Assembly: GCF_032444005.1 (NCBI RefSeq)
Contig: NC_091289.1
Location: 131,254,001-131,318,000 of the forward strand
Source of the DNA: Ranitomeya imitator
Lineage: Eukaryota
Direction: 5' to 3'
DNA length: 64,000 nt
This document shows, in pieces, positions 59,862 through 64,000 of the stretch (position 1 is its first letter; every line of letters begins with the position of its first letter). A program made the translations under genes and the position numbers. The notes beneath the pieces are model-generated. The model saw only the letters and a program-made list of their open reading frames with translations, searched no databases and was not told the origin of the DNA.

Positions 59862-62800
59862 ATGGACATTCAAGGTCTGTCCTCTTTGATGGATAATCTC
59901 GCTATAAGTGTTCAGAACATTCAAGATTTAGTGGTTCAGAATCCTATGTTAGAACCTAAAATTCCTATTCCTGAGTTATTTTCTGGAGATAGAGCTAAGT
60001 TTCTGAATTTCAAAAACAATTGTAAACTATTTCTGGCTTTGAAACCCCGCTCCTCTGGTGACCCAGTTCAACAAGTAAAGATCATTATTTCTTTATTACG
60101 TGGCGACCCTCAAGACTGGGCATTTTCCCTTGCGCCAGGAGATCCTGCATTATGTGATATTGATGCGTTTTTTCTGGCGCTCGGGTTGCTTTATGATGAA
60201 CCTAATTCAGTGGATCAGGCAGAGAAAATCTTGCTGGCTCTGTGTCAGGGTCAGGATGAGGTAGAGATAAATTGTAAGAAATTTAGGAAGTGGTCTGTGC
60301 TCACTCAATGGAATGAATGTGCTCTGGCAGCAATTTTCAGAAAGGGTCTCTCTGAAGCCCTTAAGGATGTCATGGTGGGATTTCCTATGCCTGCTGGTCT
60401 GAATGAGTCTATGTCTTTGGCCATTCAGATCGATCGACGCTTACGTGAGCGTAAAACTGTGCACCATTTGGCGGTATTAACTGAGCATAAACCTGAGCCT
60501 ATGCAATGCAATAGGACTTTGACCAGAGCTGAACAGCAAGAACACAGACGACGGAATGGGCTGTGTTTTTACTGCGGTGATTCCACTCATGCTATCTCCG
60601 ATTGTCCTGAGCGCACTAAGCGGTTCGCTAACTCTGCCACCATTGGTACGGTACAGTCGAAATTTCTTTTGTCCGTTACTTTGATCTGCTCTTTGTCATC
60701 CTATTCTGTCATGGCATTTGTGGATTCAGGCGCTGCCCTGAATTTGATGGACTTGGAGTATGCTAGGCGCTGTGGGTTTTTCTTGGAGCCCTTGCAGTAT
60801 CCTATTCCATTGAGAGGAATTGATGCTATGCCTTTGGCCAAGAATAAGCCTCAGTACTGGACCCAGCTGACCATGTGCATGGCTCCTGCGCATCAGGAGG
60901 ATATTCGCTTTTTGGTGTTGCATAATCTGCATGATGTGGTCGTGTTGGGGTTGCCATGGCTACAAGTCCATAACCCAGCATTGGATTTGAAATCAATGTC
61001 TGTGTCCAGCTGGGGTTGTCAGGGGGTACATGGTGATGTTCCATTTCTGTCTATTTCATCATCCACCCCTTCTGAGGTCCCAGAGTTCTTGTCGGATTAC
61101 CGGGATGTATTTGATGAGCCCAAGTCCAGTGCCCTACCTCCGCACAGGAATTGTGATTGCGCTATCGATTTGATTCCTGGTAGTAAGTTTCCTAAAGGTC
61201 GACTGTTTAACTTGTCTGTGCCTGAGCACGCCGCTATGCGGAGTTACGTAAAGGAATCCTTGGAGAAGGGTCATATTCGCCCTTCATCGTCGCCATTGGG
61301 AGCAGGGTTCTTTTTTGTGGCCAAGAAGGATGGTTCGCTGAGACCTTGTATTGATTACCGCCTTCTAAATAAAATCACGGTCAAATTTCAGTACCCCTTG
61401 CCGTTGTTATCTGATTTGTTTGCTCGGATTAAGGGGGCTAGTTGGTTCACCAAGATAGATCTTCGTGGTGCGTATAATCTTGTGCGCATTAAACAGGGCG
61501 ATGAATGGAAAACAGCATTTAATACGCCCGAGGGCCATTTTGAGTACCTGGTTATGCCATTCGGGCTTTCTAATGCTCCATCAGTGTTTCAGTCCTTCAT
61601 GCATGACATCTTCCGAGAGTACCTGGATAAATTCCTGATTGTATACTTGGATGATATTTTGGTCTTCTCGGATGATTGGGAGTCTCACGTGAGGCATGTC
61701 AGAATGGTGTTCCAGGTCCTGCGTGCGAATTCTTTGTTTGTGAAGGGGTCAAAGTGTCTCTTTGGTGTTCAGAAGGTTTCATTTTTGGGTTTCATTTTTT
61801 CCCCTTCTACTATCGAGATGGACCCTGTTAAAGTTCAGGCCATTTATGATTGGACTCAGCCGACATCTCTGAAGAGTCTCCAAAAGTTCCTGGGCTTTGC
61901 TAATTTTTATCGTCGCTTCATCAATAATTTTTCTAGTATTGCTAAACCGTTGACTGATTTAACCAAGAAGGGTGCTGATGTGGTCAATTGGTCTTCTGCT
62001 GCTGCGGAAGCTTTTCAAGAGTTGAAGCGTCGTTTTTCTTCTGCCCCTGTGTTGTGTCAACCAGATGTTTCGCTCCCGTTCCAGGTCGAGGTTGATGCTT
62101 CTGAGATTGGAGCAGGGGCTGTTTTGTCACAAAGAAGTTCTGATGGCTCGGTGATGAAACCATGCGCCTTCTTTTCCAGGAAGTTTTCACCTGCTGAGCG
62201 TAATTATGATGTTGGCAATCGAGAGTTGCTGGCCATGAAGTGGGCATTCGAGGAGTGGCGTCATTGGCTTGAAGGAGCTAAGCATCGCGTGGTGGTCTTG
62301 ACTGATCATAAGAACTTGAGTTATCTCGAGTCTGCCAAACGGTTGAATCCTAGACAGGCTCGTTGGTCGCTGTTTTTCTCCCATTTTGACTTTGTGGTTT
62401 CGTACCTTCCGGGCTCTAAAAATGTGAAGGCGGATGCCCTGTCTAGGAGTTTTGTGCCCGACTCTCCGGGTTTGTCTGAGCCGGCGGGTGTTCTCAAGGA
62501 GGGGGTAATTTTGTCTGCCATCTCCCCTGATTTGCGGCGGGTGCTGCAAAAATTTCAGGCTAATAGACCAGACCGTTGCCCAGCGGAGAAACTGTTTGTT
62601 CCTGATAAATGGACGAGTAGAGTTATCTCTGAGGTTCATGGTTCGTTGTTGGCTGGTCATCCTGGAATCTTTGGTACCAGAGATTTGGTGGCTAGATCCT
62701 TTTGGTGGCCGTCTCTGTCGCGGGATGTGCGTTCATTTGTGCAGTCCTGTGGGATTTGTGCTCGGGCTAAGCCCTGCTGTTCTGGTGCCAGTGGGTTGCT

Positions 62801-64000
62801 TTTGCCCTTGCCAGTCCCGAAGAGGCCCTGGACACATATCTCTATGGATTTTATTTCGGATCTCCCCGTCTCTCAAAAAATGTCGGTCATTTGGGTTGTT
62901 TGTGATCGCTTCTCGAAGATGGTCCATTTGGTACCCTTGTCTAAATTGCCTTCCTCCTCTGATTTGGTGCCATTGTTCTTCCAGCATGTGGTTCGTTTAC
63001 TTGGCATTCCGGAGAACATCGTTTCGGACAGAGGTTCCCAGTTTGTTTCGAGGTTTTGGCGAGCCTTTTGTGCTAGGATGGGCATTGATTTGTCTTTTTC
63101 CTCGGCTTTCCATCCTCAGACAAATGGCCAGACTGAACGAACCAATCAGACCTTGGAAACATATCTGAGATGTTTTGTTTCTGCCGATCAGGATGATTGG
63201 GTGTCTTTTTTGCCTTTGGCTGAGTTCGCCCTTAATAATCGGGCCAGCTCGGCTACTTTGGTTTCGCCGTTTTTCTGCAATTCTGGTTTCCATCCTCGTT
63301 TCTCTTCAGGGCAGGTTGAGTCTTCTGACTGTCCTGGTGTGGATACTGTGGTGGATAGGTTGCAGCAGATTTGGACTCATGTGGTGGACAATTTGACATT
63401 GTCTCAGGAGAAGGCTCAACGTTTCGCTAACCGCAGGCGCTGTGTGGGTCCCCGACTTCGTGTTGGGGATTTGGTTTGGTTGTCATCTCGTTATATTCCT
63501 ATGAAAGTTTCCTCTCCTAAGTTTAAGCCTCGTTTCATTGGTCCGTATAGGATTTCTGAGGTTCTTAATCCTGTGTCTTTTCGTTTGACCCTTCCAGCTT
63601 CTTTTTCCATCCATAACGTATTCCATAGGTCATTGTTGCGGAGATACGTGGCACCTGTGGTTCCATCCGTTGATCCTCCTGCCCCGGTTTTGGTTGAGGG
63701 GGAGTTGGAGTATATAGTGGAGAAGATTTTGGATTCTCATATTTCGAGACGGAAACTTCAGTACCTGGTTAAGTGGAAGGGTTATGGTCAGGAAAATAAT
63801 TCCTGGGTCTTTGCCTCTGATGTTCATGCTGCCGATCTGGCTCGTGCCTTTCATTTGGCCCATCCTGGTCGGCTTGGGGGCTCTGGTGAGGGTTCGGTGA
63901 CCCCTTCTCAAGGGGGGGGTACTGTTGTGAATTCTGTGGTCAAGCTCCCTCCTGTGGTCATGAGTGGTACTTCGGCTGGTTCTGTCTATGAGCTTCCGCT
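59862..64000 (+). CDS. Single gag-pol polyprotein (>1379 aa): Gag, CCHC knuckle, protease, RT, RNase H, integrase, chromodomain
   Basis: Manual translation found no stop; frame checked at 61260 and 63921. Motifs CFYCGDSTHAISDC, VDSGA, YLDD, DAS, H-C-C/DDE integrase, GPY, YLVKWKGY. Absent from the ORF track because it has no stop inside the window. Confidence 0.88.
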   Translation, partial: MDIQGLSSLMDNLAISVQNIQDLVVQNPMLEPKIPIPELFSGDRAKFLNFKNNCKLFLALKPRSSGDPVQQVKIIISLLRGDPQDWAFSLAPGDPALCDIDAFFLALGLLYDEPNSVDQAEKILLALCQGQDEVEINCKKFRKWSVLTQWNECALAAIFRKGLSEALKDVMVGFPMPAGLNESMSLAIQIDRRLRERKTVHHLAVLTEHKPEPMQCNRTLTRAEQQEHRRRNGLCFYCGDSTHAISDCPERTKRFANSATIGTVQSKFLLSVTLICSLSSYSVMAFVDSGAALNLMDLEYARRCGFFLEPLQYPIPLRGIDAMPLAKNKPQYWTQLTMCMAPAHQEDIRFLVLHNLHDVVVLGLPWLQVHNPALDLKSMSVSSWGCQGVHGDVPFLSISSSTPSEVPEFLSDYRDVFDEPKSSALPPHRNCDCAIDLIPGSKFPKGRLFNLSVPEHAAMRSYVKESLEKGHIRPSSSPLGAGFFFVAKKDGSLRPCIDYRLLNKITVKFQYPLPLLSDLFARIKGASWFTKIDLRGAYNLVRIKQGDEWKTAFNTPEGHFEYLVMPFGLSNAPSVFQSFMHDIFREYLDKFLIVYLDDILVFSDDWESHVRHVRMVFQVLRANSLFVKGSKCLFGVQKVSFLGFIFSPSTIEMDPVKVQAIYDWTQPTSLKSLQKFLGFANFYRRFINNFSSIAKPLTDLTKKGADVVNWSSAAAEAFQELKRRFSSAPVLCQPDVSLPFQVEVDASEIGAGAVLSQRSSDGSVMKPCAFFSRKFSPAERNYDVGNRELLAMKWAFEEWRHWLEGAKHRVVVLTDHKNLSYLESAKRLNPRQARWSLFFSHFDFVVSYLPGSKNVKADALSRSFVPDSPGLSEPAGVLKEGVILSAISPDLRRVLQKFQANRPDRCPAEKLFVPDKWTSRVISEVHGSLLAGHPGIFGTRDLVARSFWWPSLSRDVRSFVQSCGICARAKPCCSGASGLLLPLPVPKRPWTHISMDFISDLPVSQKMSVIWVVCDRFSKMVHLVPLSKLPSSSDLVPLFFQHVVRLLGIPENIVSDRGSQFVSRFWRAFCARMGIDLSFSSAFHPQTNGQTERTNQTLETYLRCFVSADQDDWVSFLPLAEFALNNRASSATLVSPFFCNSGFHPRFSSGQVESSDCPGVDTVVDRLQQIWTHVVDNLTLSQEKAQRFANRRRCVGPRLRVGDLVWLSSRYIPMKVSSPKFKPRFIGPYRISEVLNPVSFRLTLPASFSIHNVFHRSLLRRYVAPVVPSVDPPAPVLVEGELEYIVEKILDSHISRRKLQYLVKWKGYGQENNSWVFASDVHAADLARAFHLAHPGRLGGSGEGSVTPSQGGGTVVNSVVKLPPVVMSGTSAGSVYELP

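Larger units (their letters stand above)
58912..64000 (+). mobile_element. Ty3/Gypsy chromovirus-type LTR retrotransposon; 5' LTR 58912-59725, 3' LTR from 63923 (cut by the window edge)
   Basis: TGTTGTGAA..CATAACA LTR; the visible 78 bp of the 3' LTR match the 5' LTR; polypurine tract AGGGGGGGG at 63911-63919. Confidence 0.97.

Noticed and set aside
60726-63911. Short track ORFs within the Gypsy internal region
   Set aside because: Alternative-frame or antisense by-products of the long gag-pol frame.

Overview
Eukaryotic, repeat-dense DNA. The repeat families suggest a vertebrate, most likely a frog; this is inference and was not checked against a database. No host gene, rRNA, tRNA or CRISPR array could be supported, and almost everything is transposon-derived and often nested. 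(1) 25953-36763: one very young Neptune-type Penelope-like element (PLE) insertion bounded by a 13-bp target duplication. It holds about 2.2 head-to-tail 4636/4637-bp units on the minus strand plus an inverted terminal copy that lacks a precise GT..AG segment. Each unit has a minimal hammerhead ribozyme. ORF1 and the RT/GIY-YIG ORF2 overlap across a U_UUU_UUA heptamer, suggesting -1 ribosomal frameshifting. (2) 42695-52307: a 9.6-kb PIF/Harbinger element with 55-bp TIRs and four spliced genes whose predicted exons join into uninterrupted frames: a DDE transposase, a MADF protein and two divergent paralogous Myb/SANT-coiled-coil genes with tandemly duplicated exons. It sits in intron 1 of the MADF gene of a second, truncated Harbinger (about 40050-53068). 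(3) 58912-64000: an apparently intact chromovirus-type Ty3/Gypsy element. Its single gag-pol frame is missed by the ORF track because it runs off the window, and it has a Tf1-like self-priming PBS. The rest is a CR1 broken by several insertions, L2 and Tc1 fragments, Helitron-, hAT-, piggyBac-, Kolobok/T2- and Harbinger-type non-autonomous elements, solo LTRs and minisatellites. All alignments, splice models and translations were done by eye.
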